Source: a virus
Reading direction: 5' to 3' (one strand)
DNA length: 29,450 bases
UHGV virus genome: UHGV-0338605
Under the pieces are notes generated by a model that was not told the origin of the DNA, did no database searches, and saw nothing but the letters and a program-made list of their open reading frames with translations. How positions within the stretch are numbered: the stretch's first letter is position 1; the number at the start of each line of letters is the position of its first letter. Below are positions 1 through 8,982 of this stretch, piece by piece. The translations under genes and the position numbers were made by a program.

Positions 1-145
1 AGTTTGACAGGAAAGGTGACTGGCGAATGAAATGGGCGACTTACATCCCGGGGCATCCTGACGCTAATGATGGGTGGGTAATACCTGGTGCGTCGTGGAT
101 ACCATCACACTGGATGCCGCTACCAGAACCGCCGCAGGAGGCAAA

Positions 146-406
146 ATGATGGATGTAAAAGAGAAGGTTTTGCAGGTGATACGTTCCCGTGCGGCCCTGC
201 AAGAGAAAGCTCTCGGCGGGGAATATCCATTCACGATAGCAACCTGGAATCTGCGGTTGGCAATGGAGAAGGAATTTCCTGATGAAGAATGGCGCTCGGC
301 AGATTTGCGCAAAATTCTTATGGAGCTGGCTAAAGACGGAACAGTATCTAAAGATACCCATGCCAGCCGGATTGGTCAGGCGGTATGGAGACTGGAGGTG
401 AGGTAA
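146..406 (+). CDS. hypothetical small phage protein (about 86 aa)
   Basis: AGGAGG at 136-141 precedes ATG 146/149; stop TAA overlaps the next start (TAATG 404-408); no family recognised. Confidence 0.5.
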   Translation: MMDVKEKVLQVIRSRAALQEKALGGEYPFTIATWNLRLAMEKEFPDEEWRSADLRKILMELAKDGTVSKDTHASRIGQAVWRLEVR

Positions 407-744
407 TGGCTAAATCCGCAGCAGAACGCAAAGCCGCGCAGCGGGCCCGCCAGGCTGAATCTGGTAACCGCAAGCTTGAATTGCAACTCGATGAGCAGGA
501 GCATGAGATGCTGGCGCGGAACTGCGCCGCCCGGCGCCCTGGTCGTGCGCCGTATGAGATGAGCGAGTACATCGCGTTGCTTATCCGCCAGGATGATGCG
601 CGAGTTCGTGGCCGTATCAAGTCAATCAGCACCAACCGCTGCGGCAAGTGCGGCGATGCGTTGCCGGTTAAGTCGTGTCCGTGCGATGGTGATTCGGCAT
701 GTTGGGTGACGCGTGGCTGGCATGAGACTAAATTATCAGTGTGA
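406..744 (+). CDS. putative ribbon-helix-helix (Arc/MetJ/CopG-like) DNA-binding protein with Cys-rich C-terminus (112 aa)
   Basis: GGAGGTGAGG before ATG 406. N-terminal RKLELQLDEQEHEMLARN...YEMSEYIALLIRQ fits a strand-helix-helix pattern; C-terminal CGKCG...CPCDGDSAC cysteine cluster. Stop TGA lies inside the palindrome at 741-752. Confidence 0.5.
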   Translation: MAKSAAERKAAQRARQAESGNRKLELQLDEQEHEMLARNCAARRPGRAPYEMSEYIALLIRQDDARVRGRIKSISTNRCGKCGDALPVKSCPCDGDSACWVTRGWHETKLSV

Positions 745-752
745 CATGTCAC
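741..752. repeat. 12-bp perfect palindrome GTGACATGTCAC, copy 1
   Basis: Read directly; identical 12-mer recurs at 2983-2994. Confidence 0.8.
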
Positions 753-811
753 GATATCGACAATAAATTGCAATGGCCGCCGACTATGGCGGCTTTGTTT
801 TGCGTGTTACT

Positions 812-828
812 ATTACCAAAATGGTAAT
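812..828. promoter_or_regulatory. 17-bp palindrome ATTACC-AAAAT-GGTAAT, candidate operator, copy 1 of 6
   Basis: Read directly; 20 bp upstream of the terminase small subunit ATG at 848. Confidence 0.6.
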
Positions 829-847
829 TATTACTTTGGTGGTAACA

Positions 848-1477
848 ATGCCCGCAGAACCTAAAGCACCAAAACGCAAATCAACGCAGTATAAGCCACT
901 GACAGCGATGCAGGAGGCTTACGCGCAGGAATACACCAAATGCCCTGAGAATCAGACTCAGGCAGCGATTAACGCAGGATTCTCACCTAATACGGCAGCG
1001 GTAAAAGCCAGCGTCATGATGCGTGATGAGCGTATCCAGAAACGGATCGCCGAACTGATGGAAGAGCGCAACAAGCGTCTGCGTGTCAGTGCTGATTACG
1101 TGCTGCTCCGCCTGGTGGAAATCGACCAGATGGATGTGCTGGACATCCTGAATGAAGATGGCTCAATGAAGCCGATCAGCAGCTGGCCAAAGGTATGGCG
1201 TACTTCTCTCAGTGCTCTTGATATTGCAACGATAAAAACCACGCAGGCATCACTGCAAAAAGATAATGGTGAAGCGGATCTGTCAGTTGAGGATGTAGAG
1301 CATATTCTCAAAAAAATAAAATGGCCGGACAAGGTGAAGAACCTTGAGCTTATCGGTAAGCACGTCGACGTCAATGCGTTCAAAGAGCGCCTGGAGGTTT
1401 CCGGTACCGTCACGATTGCCGACCGCATGGCGAAGGCCCGTCGTCGCGTGAAAGAACAGGCTGGTGGTGAAGAATGA
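848..1477 (+). CDS. terminase small subunit
   Basis: ATG 848 chosen within ORF 773-1477. Sits immediately upstream of, and overlaps by 4 bp, the large terminase gene; size and basic N-terminus fit small-terminase proteins. Confidence 0.75.
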   Translation: MPAEPKAPKRKSTQYKPLTAMQEAYAQEYTKCPENQTQAAINAGFSPNTAAVKASVMMRDERIQKRIAELMEERNKRLRVSADYVLLRLVEIDQMDVLDILNEDGSMKPISSWPKVWRTSLSALDIATIKTTQASLQKDNGEADLSVEDVEHILKKIKWPDKVKNLELIGKHVDVNAFKERLEVSGTVTIADRMAKARRRVKEQAGGEE

Positions 1478-2955
1478 CAGCTGCAGCCATGTCGCCGGAA
1501 GATCAGCTCGTCGAGGATATCGCATCGTTCACGTATGACCCGCTGGGCTATTCGCTGTATGCGTTTCCGTGGGGCGAAGAGGGAACAGAGCTGGCGCATG
1601 CCACCGGTCCGCGAAAATGGCAGGCTGATGCATTCCGCGAGATACGGGATCACCTTCAGAATCCTGCTACCCGTCACCAGCCACTGATGCTGGCCCGCGC
1701 ATCCGGTCACGGTATCGGAAAATCCGCTTTCATTTCGATGCTGATCAACTGGGGCATGTCCACCTGCGAGGACTGCAAGGTGGTGGTGACCGCCAACACA
1801 GACAACCAGCTGCGCACCAAAACATGGCCTGAAATCATCAAATGGTCGAACCTGGCTATCACGAAAGAATGGTTCACCTGCACCGCCACGGCGATGTACA
1901 GCAACGATCCCGGTCACGACAAACGCTGGCGCGCTGACGCAATCCCATGGTCTGAGCACAACACAGAGGCGTTCGCCGGTCTGCACAACGAGCGTAAGCG
2001 CATCATCGTCGTATTCGACGAGGCGTCCAACATCGCCGATCTGGTGTGGGAGGTGGCCGAGGGTGCGCTGACGGACGAAGACACCGAAATCATCTGGGTG
2101 GCGTTCGGTAACCCGACGCGTAACACCGGGCGTTTCCGTGAATGCTTCCGAAAATACAAACACCGCTGGAAGTGCGCGCAGATAGACAGCCGTACTGTCG
2201 AAGGAACAAACAAGCAGCAGTTGCAGAAATGGGTGGACGACTACGGCGAGGATAGCGACTTTGTGAAGGTCCGTGTGCGCGGGATCTTCCCTGATGCGTC
2301 TGAAAACCAGTTTATTCCATCCGGCCTGACGCAACCAGCTGTTGGCAGGGTTATCACTCCGGCACAGGTCCAGCACGCTGCTGTAGTTCTTGGCGTCGAC
2401 CCGTCTCACCAGGGTAAAGACCCCGCAGTTATCTACCTGAGGCAGGGGCTGCACTGCAAAAAACTCGGGGAGTGGCAGCGTACCACTGACGATGTGCTGT
2501 TTGCGAAAGTGATCGCCGACTTTGAGGATCAGTACCAGGCTGATGCTGTGTTTATCGATTACGGCTATGGCACAGGTCTTAAATCTGTTGGCGATAACTG
2601 GGGGCGTAACTGGACGCTGATAATGTTCGGCAGCGGTACGGCAGATCCTGAAATGGGCAATAAGCGCGGCGAGATGTACAAATCAGCCCGTGATGCGCTG
2701 AAGCTTGGTGCGCAACTTGATAGCCAGGATTTAGCCGACGAGCTGAGCGCTCCTGAATACAAGGTCAGGCTCAAGGACAGCCGGAAGATTTTGCAGGACA
2801 AGGAAGAGGTGAAAGAATTGCTTGGCCGGTCACCTAACAACGCCGACGCCTATGTGCTGACTTATGCTGCTCCGGTTACTAAAAAACAGTTCAATTATGG
2901 GCAGCAGCAAAGCCAGCAGGGTAAGGCTCTCACAGAGTACGATCCCTATGCATGA
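1474..2955 (+). CDS. terminase large subunit
   Basis: 493-aa ORF with a Walker-A-like ASGHGIGKS and an acidic VVFDEASNI motif followed by a nuclease-like C-terminal half; ATG overlaps the upstream stop (ATGA). Confidence 0.9.
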   Translation: MTAAAMSPEDQLVEDIASFTYDPLGYSLYAFPWGEEGTELAHATGPRKWQADAFREIRDHLQNPATRHQPLMLARASGHGIGKSAFISMLINWGMSTCEDCKVVVTANTDNQLRTKTWPEIIKWSNLAITKEWFTCTATAMYSNDPGHDKRWRADAIPWSEHNTEAFAGLHNERKRIIVVFDEASNIADLVWEVAEGALTDEDTEIIWVAFGNPTRNTGRFRECFRKYKHRWKCAQIDSRTVEGTNKQQLQKWVDDYGEDSDFVKVRVRGIFPDASENQFIPSGLTQPAVGRVITPAQVQHAAVVLGVDPSHQGKDPAVIYLRQGLHCKKLGEWQRTTDDVLFAKVIADFEDQYQADAVFIDYGYGTGLKSVGDNWGRNWTLIMFGSGTADPEMGNKRGEMYKSARDALKLGAQLDSQDLADELSAPEYKVRLKDSRKILQDKEEVKELLGRSPNNADAYVLTYAAPVTKKQFNYGQQQSQQGKALTEYDPYA

Positions 2956-2978
2956 AAAAGCCCGCGCATCGGCGGGCT
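2955..2978 (-). terminator. rho-independent terminator for the minus-strand tRNA/Gp49 unit
   Basis: Stem GCCCGC(2960-2965)/GCGGGC(2972-2977) with a 6-nt loop; on the minus strand it is followed by TTTTT (plus AAAAA 2955-2959). Lies just 3' of the minus-strand CDS ending at 2999. Confidence 0.6.
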
Positions 2979-2982
2979 GATT

Positions 2983-2994
2983 GTGACATGTCAC
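2983..2994. repeat. 12-bp perfect palindrome GTGACATGTCAC, copy 2 (14-bp TGTGACATGTCACA at 2982-2995)
   Basis: Read directly, between the converging 3' ends of the terminase large gene and the minus-strand gene. Confidence 0.8.
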
Positions 2995-2998
2995 ATCA

Positions 2999-3406
2999 TT
3001 ATTTTTCGCTCATTATCTGCTTCAGAAGATAACCTTCCAGCATCCAGATTTTATTTACCGCATTTTCGCGGGAAATCTTTCGCCCGATCTCTGGGTCGAA
3101 GTTCTCAGGGCTGGCGCATGCACTCTCGCCGGTGACAGTGAATCCATTTCGCAGCACTAGAACGCAAAACGTAAGTACTGCAGCCTGCTCAGGAATGTTC
3201 AACTCCTCAACCTTTTCATCATCTGACTTTGTATCAGTCAAATATTGATGGCGACCTGCTATACCATCAGCAGCCGTGAAGTAATGCTCACTTACTATAA
3301 CGTCGGCAATCCGTTGTGGCGTAATGCGCGGCGCGTTTAAGCCTTTAGCCTGAATTTCCTGCTCGATTGCCATGCAGGATGGTGCTGGAGATGCGGTTGA
3401 TACCAT
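2999..3406 (-). CDS. small phage protein, possibly Gp49/Gp66-like family (about 135 aa)
   Basis: ORF on the minus strand; ATG at 3406 preceded by AGGTGA (the track's GTG at 3415 is less likely). The C-terminal ASPENFDPEIGRKISRENAVNKIW resembles, from memory, Phage_gp49_66-type proteins; unverified. Confidence 0.55.
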   Translation of the reverse strand: MVSTASPAPSCMAIEQEIQAKGLNAPRITPQRIADVIVSEHYFTAADGIAGRHQYLTDTKSDDEKVEELNIPEQAAVLTFCVLVLRNGFTVTGESACASPENFDPEIGRKISRENAVNKIWMLEGYLLKQIMSEK

Positions 3407-3613
3407 GATTTTCACCTTAAAAAAATGCCCACCGAAGTGGGAGAACTGGAAGCAAGGGTGCCTTCCATGGCTTTACGGGTTTACAGCGCAACGTCATCGC
3501 AATGGCGTTCTGCTGTAAAAGTGACGGTGGTCAGCATCAAGGGAAACTGCCACCGCCAATAGCTACACAGCATCGTTCTTATGGGCGCTTCATCACGGTC
3601 CTAAGGCGTGATC

Positions 3614-3690
3614 TGGTGCGGCATGCAGGATTCGAACCTGCGACCAACCGCTTAGAAGGCGGTTGCTCTATCCAACTGAGCTAATGCCAC
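3614..3690 (-). tRNA. tRNA-Arg (anticodon UCU), argU-like
   Basis: Minus-strand 77-nt sequence GTGGCATTAGCTCAGTTGGATAGAGCAACCGCCTTCTAAGCGGTTGGTCGCAGGTTCGAATCCTGCATGCCGCACCA folds as a cloverleaf: 7-bp acceptor stem with one G-U pair, GTTCGAATC T-loop, anticodon loop CTTCTAA, encoded CCA. Confidence 0.88.
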
Positions 3691-4143
3691 AACGCTGAGA
3701 GCACTCCCATCTTTGCTAATGGGCTTCAAGAGCGGCAGGCCTACCACTTGGAATGCTCTCATCGTTGCATCCTCGTCTCTTCCGAGGTGTCACACCGTAT
3801 CGCCACGATGGTGAGTCGTCATGTCCGTGCTTACCTGACACTGGCTTGCACATTCCGGCTACCCGGTTGGGGAAGTAGCATCAAGGGAACCCATCCGGAC
3901 CGCTGCGGCACATGTGCCATATGCCGTACTGCTACACATCTGAAAGCGCACTCCACCGTTTGGATTTAACGACCAGGCTCAAAGGTCATTCACTGAAGCG
4001 CGCTTTTAGTTGTGTGCGGAGATGATGCTCCGCTTATCCACCGCCTTTACTTTTAAGCCCAATTTATTGCTGCGGTACTCCGGGCTACTGCACAAGCGGT
4101 TACATAACCACCTCCGCAATTCGTCAATTCAACACGCGAACTA

Positions 4144-4160
4144 ATTACCTAAAAGGTAAT
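4144..4160. promoter_or_regulatory. 17-bp palindrome ATTACC-TAAAA-GGTAAT, candidate operator, copy 2 of 6
   Basis: Read directly; about 90 bp upstream of the ATG at 4250 in an AT-rich promoter-like stretch. Confidence 0.6.
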
Positions 4161-4249
4161 ATCTGATGTTATAAGTGTCAATAGCCTACGCTAAATAAAT
4201 CATATGTGGTTAAATTGGTAATAATTTAATTGCGTACGGAGCTATTGCT

Positions 4250-4456
4250 ATGTGTATCGGCAGCAAGCCATCAGTGCCAGCAGCACCAGAAGTACAGGCC
4301 GCGCCACAGGAGCAGGATGCAGCAGTTGTCAGTTCTCGTGACGATGAAGAGCGCCGCCGCCGTGCAGCTGCTGGTCGCAGTTCTACTCTGCTGACTGGTG
4401 CGCAGGGCGACACCTCAACCGCAAACACCAGCGGTAAAACGCTGCTCGGTCAGTAA
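4250..4456 (+). CDS. small virion-associated protein candidate (68 aa), possibly T7 gp6.7-like
   Basis: GGAG before ATG 4250; starts MC..., Ala/Pro/charged rich; lies directly upstream of the portal gene. The gp6.7 resemblance is positional and by N-terminal pattern only. Confidence 0.4.
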   Translation: MCIGSKPSVPAAPEVQAAPQEQDAAVVSSRDDEERRRRAAAGRSSTLLTGAQGDTSTANTSGKTLLGQ

Positions 4457-4470
4457 CGGAGTAGGCAGAG

Positions 4471-6141
4471 ATGGCGGAAACCGAAAAAGAGCGTCTGCTG
4501 AAGCAGCTCGCACAGCTGAAGAATGAGCGCACATCGTTCGAGTCGCACTGGCGTGACCTGAGCGACTTCATCAATCCGCGCGGCTCTCGCTTTCTGACGT
4601 CTGATGTAAACCGTGATGATCGTCGAAACACCAAGATTGTTGATCCTACTGGCTCAATGGCTCAGCGCATTTTGTCCAGCGGCATGATGTCAGGCATCAC
4701 CAGCCCGGCACGTCCATGGTTCAAACTGGCAACGCCAGACCCTGACATGATGGATTATGGTCCGGTTAAAGTCTGGCTGGAAGTCGTGCAGCGCCGCATG
4801 AACGAAGTGTTCAACAAGTCAAACCTGTATCAGTCATTGCCTGTCATGTACGCCAGCCTTGGCACTTTCGGCACCGCCGCAATGGCTGTGCTCGAAGATG
4901 ACCAGGACGTGATCCGCACAATGCCTTTCCCGATTGGCAGCTACTACCTGGCTAACAGCCCGCGCGGCAGCGTCGACACATCCTTCCGCCAGTTCTCCAT
5001 GACTGTTCGTCAGCTTGTGCAGGAATTCGGTCTGGATAACGTCAGCTCATCGGTGCAGGGGATGTGGCAAAACGGCACGTATGAAACGTGGATCGAGGTT
5101 AACCACTGCATTACTCCAAACGTTAACCGTGATACCGGGAAGATGGACAGCAAGAACAAGCCGTTCCGCTCTGTGTACTTCGAGAGTGGCGGCGATTCCG
5201 ACAAGCTGCTGCGTGAGTCCGGCTTCGATGAATTCCCGATCCTGGCGCCGCGCTGGGAAGTTAACGGCGAAGACGTTTACGCATCTTCCTGCCCTGGCAT
5301 GCTGGCACTCGGTCAGGTGAAAGCCCTTCAGGTTGAGCAGAAGCGTAAAGCTCAGCTGATCGATAAGGCTACTAACCCGCCGATGGTCGCACCTACCTCG
5401 CTAAAAACACAGCGTGTTTCCCTGCTGCCTGGTGATGTGACGTACCTCGACGTGTTGAACGGTCAGGACGGTTTCAAACCTGCATACCTGGTAAACCCGA
5501 ATACTGCAGATCTGCTGGCTGATATTCAGGATACCCGCCAGACCATCAACAGCGCCTACTTCGTCGACCTCTTCATGATGCTGCAAAACATCAACACCCG
5601 CTCTATGCCGGTGGAAGCAGTGATCGAGATGAAGGAAGAGAAACTTCTGATGCTTGGCCCGGTGCTGGAGCGCCTGAACGACGAAGCACTTAATCCGCTT
5701 ATTGACCGCGTTTTCTCCATCATGGCGCGCAAGAACATGCTTCCTCCACCGCCGGACGTTATGCAGGGTATGCCGCTGCGTATCGAATACATCTCCGTTA
5801 TGGCGCAGGCTCAGAAATCTATCGGACTCACCAGCCTTTCGCAGACCGTTGGCTTCATTGGCCAACTCGCACAGCTCAAACCTGAAGCGCTCGACAAGCT
5901 CGACGTTGATCAGGCTATCGACGCGTTCTCCGAAATGTCCGGCGTATCGCCAACCGTCATCATTCCGCAGGAGCAGGTTCAGGGCATTCGTGAAGAGCGC
6001 GCCAAACAGGCACAAGCCGCACAGGCAATGGCAATGGGGCAGGCCGTAGCGCAGGGAGCCAAGACTCTCAGCGAGACGCAAACCACTGACCCGAGCGCAT
6101 TAACCGCTATCGCTAATGCAGCAGGAGCACCGCAGCAATGA
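4471..6141 (+). CDS. portal (head-to-tail connector) protein
   Basis: 556-aa ORF with RBS, first large gene of the head module after terminase; size and position typical of podovirus portals; Ala/Gln-rich C-terminal tail. Confidence 0.75.
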   Translation: MAETEKERLLKQLAQLKNERTSFESHWRDLSDFINPRGSRFLTSDVNRDDRRNTKIVDPTGSMAQRILSSGMMSGITSPARPWFKLATPDPDMMDYGPVKVWLEVVQRRMNEVFNKSNLYQSLPVMYASLGTFGTAAMAVLEDDQDVIRTMPFPIGSYYLANSPRGSVDTSFRQFSMTVRQLVQEFGLDNVSSSVQGMWQNGTYETWIEVNHCITPNVNRDTGKMDSKNKPFRSVYFESGGDSDKLLRESGFDEFPILAPRWEVNGEDVYASSCPGMLALGQVKALQVEQKRKAQLIDKATNPPMVAPTSLKTQRVSLLPGDVTYLDVLNGQDGFKPAYLVNPNTADLLADIQDTRQTINSAYFVDLFMMLQNINTRSMPVEAVIEMKEEKLLMLGPVLERLNDEALNPLIDRVFSIMARKNMLPPPPDVMQGMPLRIEYISVMAQAQKSIGLTSLSQTVGFIGQLAQLKPEALDKLDVDQAIDAFSEMSGVSPTVIIPQEQVQGIREERAKQAQAAQAMAMGQAVAQGAKTLSETQTTDPSALTAIANAAGAPQQ

Positions 6142-6437
6142 CGGATATCGATGACGAAGCCCGCAAAGCAGAGCTTGACGCTAAACAGCAACTTCTGGCG
6201 CAGCGCGACATTGACGACATTCAGTTTGTCATGGGTAGCGAGCAGGGCCGCCGCGTGATCTGGTCACTGCTTGAGAAAGGTCAGGTGTTCGGTGCTTGCT
6301 TCAACGTAGATCCACACATCACAGCATTCAACGAAGGGCAGCGCAACCTGGCTCTGGTTCTTTTTCAGCGCGTCATGGCGCACTGCCCCGATCAGTATCT
6401 GAAGATGGCCGCAGAGGCCGGAGAGGACAATTTATGA
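6138..6437 (+). CDS. hypothetical head-module protein (99 aa)
   Basis: ATG overlaps the portal stop (ATGA at 6138-6141), suggesting translational coupling; no family recognised. Confidence 0.5.
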   Translation: MTDIDDEARKAELDAKQQLLAQRDIDDIQFVMGSEQGRRVIWSLLEKGQVFGACFNVDPHITAFNEGQRNLALVLFQRVMAHCPDQYLKMAAEAGEDNL

Positions 6438-6757
6438 CACAGGTACAAACGCAGCGCGTCGTGCGCCTCGATGGTTCCAGCCAGGTAGTTGAGGTTCCGG
6501 ATCCTGCTCCGGCAGTAATTGGCGCTCCAACCGCGACTGATTACGGTGGCGTAAAACTGGGCGCGACAATCGCGGCCCCGGCTGCAATGACGGCCACCAA
6601 GGATACAGCCTCATCGGCATCAGATGTTGCTGGTCTGCTCACCGACCATAACGACCTGGTTACGAAATATAACGCACTGCTGGATGACACCACAGCAGTG
6701 CGCACCACGCTGGCATCAGTTCTGGCGCAACTGAAAGCCAAAACGATCCCGGTTTAA
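6434..6757 (+). CDS. hypothetical head-module protein (107 aa)
   Basis: Internal ATG at 6434 of ORF 6296-6757, preceded by GGAGAGG and overlapping the upstream stop; Ala/Thr-rich. Confidence 0.5.
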   Translation: MTQVQTQRVVRLDGSSQVVEVPDPAPAVIGAPTATDYGGVKLGATIAAPAAMTATKDTASSASDVAGLLTDHNDLVTKYNALLDDTTAVRTTLASVLAQLKAKTIPV

Positions 6758-6768
6758 GGAGATAACCA

Positions 6769-7476
6769 ATGAATTTGTTTGAACGTCTTCTGCATCGTCG
6801 CCTTTGCAACGAACAACCTGCTGATGGTGGCGCAGCTCCTGCTGCATCTGAACCTGCTGCATCAACTGGGGATAATCCGGCACCAGCTGGCGATCCGGCT
6901 AAATCGGAAGGCGATAAGTCACAGCCAGGCGCTGAAGGTGACAAACCTCAGGAAGAAAAACCTGCTGATGGTGATAAGCCAGAAGAGAAAAAGCCTGGCG
7001 AAGAAAAAGAGCAGAAGCAGGAAGGCGCGCCGGAGAAATATGAGTTCAAACCAGCCGAAGGACAGGAGCTTGATGCTGCTGCTCTTGAGCAGTTCGAGCC
7101 TATCGCCCGTGAACTGAACCTGACCAATGATCAGGCGCAGAAGATGGTCGACCTGTACGGCACCAAGATCATGCCAATGGTCCAGCAGCAGCAGGCAGAA
7201 GCCTGGCAGAAGACCACCGAGCAGTGGGCTGCTGACGTGAAGGCAGACAAAGAGATCGGCGGCGACAAGCTCACCGGTAACCTGAGCGCTGCACAGCGTG
7301 CTCTTGCTCAGTTCGGTACGCCTGAACTGAAAGAATATCTGGAAGGCACTGGCCTGGGTAATCACCCTGAACTGGTCAAGGCGTTCGTGAAAATCGGTAA
7401 AGCCATGTCGGAAGACGGCATGGTCGATGGCAGTAATCAAGGCCAGCGTAGTGCGGCCGAAGTGCTTTATGGCTAA
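6769..7476 (+). CDS. scaffolding protein
   Basis: AAGGAG RBS; highly acidic low-complexity N-terminal half (GDKPQEEKPADGDKPEEKKPGEEKEQK) followed by a helical region; located between portal and capsid genes. Confidence 0.7.
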   Translation: MNLFERLLHRRLCNEQPADGGAAPAASEPAASTGDNPAPAGDPAKSEGDKSQPGAEGDKPQEEKPADGDKPEEKKPGEEKEQKQEGAPEKYEFKPAEGQELDAAALEQFEPIARELNLTNDQAQKMVDLYGTKIMPMVQQQQAEAWQKTTEQWAADVKADKEIGGDKLTGNLSAAQRALAQFGTPELKEYLEGTGLGNHPELVKAFVKIGKAMSEDGMVDGSNQGQRSAAEVLYG

Positions 7477-7493
7477 TAAGAGAGGATATAACC

Positions 7494-8480
7494 ATGGCTG
7501 TTAAAGGCGTAAATGCGCTGACGCTGGCTGACTGGGCTAAGCGTACTGATCCAAACGGGAAGGTCGATAAGATCGTCGAACTCCTTTCCCAGACCAACGA
7601 AATCCTGACGGACATGATGTTCGTTGAGGGTAACCTGCCAACCGGCCACCGTACTACCGTGCGCTCTGGTTTGCCATCTGCTACCTGGCGTTTGCTTAAC
7701 TACGGCGTGCAGCCAAGCAAATCAACTACAGTACAGGTAACCGACACCTGCGGGATGCTGGAAACTTATGCCGAAGTTGACAAGTCACTGGCAGATCTGA
7801 ACGGCAACACCGCTGAATTCCGTCTGTCTGAAGACCGTGCGTTCATCGAAGGCATGAACCAGCAGATGGCTCAGACTCTGTTCTATGGCGATACAAGTGT
7901 TAACCCTCAGCAGTTCATGGGGCTTGCTTCTCGTTATTCCAGCAAATCTGCCGGTAATGGGCAGAACATTATTGATGCTGGCGGTACCGGTACCGACAAC
8001 ACTTCTATCTGGCTGGTTGTGTGGGGAGAAAACACGGTTCACGGTATTTTCCCGAAAGGTCAGAAAGCAGGATTACAGACTCAGAATCTGGGCGAACAGA
8101 CGCTTATCGATGCTGCTGGTGGTAAATACCAGGGATACCGTACCCACTACAAGTGGGATAACGGACTGGCCCTGCGTGACTGGCGCTACGTTGTTCGCAT
8201 CGCCAACATCGATGTGAGCGATCTGTCTGTTCCAGCTTCTGCTGCAAACATCGTCACGATGATGGTTAAAGCGCTGCACCGCGTTCCTAACCTGAAGATG
8301 GGTCGCGCGGCTTTCTACATGAACCGCACTGTTGCCCAGGCACTCGACCTGCAATCTCTGGATAAAGCTTCTCTGGCTCTGTCCGTCAAAGAGACTGAGG
8401 GCGAATGGTGGACCACTTTCCGTGGCATCCCAATCCGTGAAACTGACGCAATTCTGGAAACAGAAGCGCGCGTTGTTTAA
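7494..8480 (+). CDS. major capsid protein
   Basis: 328-aa ORF with RBS AGAGGA, directly after the scaffold gene; size and position fit a major capsid protein. No strongly competing ORF on either strand. Confidence 0.75.
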   Translation: MAVKGVNALTLADWAKRTDPNGKVDKIVELLSQTNEILTDMMFVEGNLPTGHRTTVRSGLPSATWRLLNYGVQPSKSTTVQVTDTCGMLETYAEVDKSLADLNGNTAEFRLSEDRAFIEGMNQQMAQTLFYGDTSVNPQQFMGLASRYSSKSAGNGQNIIDAGGTGTDNTSIWLVVWGENTVHGIFPKGQKAGLQTQNLGEQTLIDAAGGKYQGYRTHYKWDNGLALRDWRYVVRIANIDVSDLSVPASAANIVTMMVKALHRVPNLKMGRAAFYMNRTVAQALDLQSLDKASLALSVKETEGEWWTTFRGIPIRETDAILETEARVV

Positions 8481-8531
8481 CGCCTGTCATTAACTAATGG
8501 GCCTTAACCGGCCCATGAATGGAGAAAGAAA

Positions 8532-8972
8532 ATGATCCTCGACAAACTGTTGATGTTCTCCGAGAAGCAGGCGGTTACAGCTTCTGCTGCTTCTACGGAT
8601 GTGATTGACCTTGGACCTATCGACGGCACCCGCCGCGATATCGGTGTGGGTTATCCGCTGGAGTTCTGGGCAACCGTTGACACCACTGCGACCGCTGCCG
8701 GTGCTGCGACTCTTAACGTTCAACTACAGACCAGCCAGGACAACTCCACCTGGACCACTATCTACGATAGCGGTGCTTTGGCACTTGCTGCGTTGACTGC
8801 TGGCAAGCGCCTGTTCTCTGCGAAGGTTCCTGCTGGTGTTCAGCGTTATCTGCGCGTGAACTACACGGTAGGTACTGGCCCACTGACGGCTGGCGCGTTC
8901 ACCTCGGGAATTAACCTGGATGTTGATAACAACAGCCCGTACTACCCGATTCGTTCAAAAGTGACTGGCTAA
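8532..8972 (+). CDS. putative capsid-associated (decoration/cement-type) protein (146 aa)
   Basis: GGAGAAAG RBS; Ala/Thr/Gly-rich beta-type composition; position immediately after the capsid gene. Function is inferred from position only. Confidence 0.45.
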   Translation: MILDKLLMFSEKQAVTASAASTDVIDLGPIDGTRRDIGVGYPLEFWATVDTTATAAGAATLNVQLQTSQDNSTWTTIYDSGALALAALTAGKRLFSAKVPAGVQRYLRVNYTVGTGPLTAGAFTSGINLDVDNNSPYYPIRSKVTG

Positions 8973-8982
8973 GGGGATATCG

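Noticed and set aside
1096-2454. 452-aa ORF on the minus strand
   Set aside because: It lies entirely antisense to the terminase genes, whose motifs and translational coupling are convincing. It has Arg/Ser-rich composition typical of a shadow frame in GC-rich coding DNA, and no RBS.
3502-3684. 60-aa plus-strand ORF
   Set aside because: Runs antisense through the tRNA-Arg gene; no RBS; the tRNA explains the conservation-like appearance.
3614-3690. tRNA as a prophage integration site or boundary
   Set aside because: The tRNA is complete and flanked on both sides by genes of the same morphogenetic module, so it is phage cargo, not an attachment-site remnant.
3748-3969. 73-aa plus-strand ORF in the non-coding stretch
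   Set aside because: No RBS and Cys/His/Arg-rich random-like composition. The region is treated as non-coding, though it is flagged as unexplained.
5401-6081. 226-aa minus-strand ORF (also plus-strand alternative frames 5015-5320 and 5702-6049)
   Set aside because: Embedded in the portal gene; low-complexity Arg/Cys/His-rich translation; shadow ORFs.
6919-7440. 173-aa minus-strand ORF and plus-strand ORF 6779-7117
   Set aside because: They overlap the scaffold gene; the translations are Leu/Phe-rich mirror frames of the acidic scaffold repeats.
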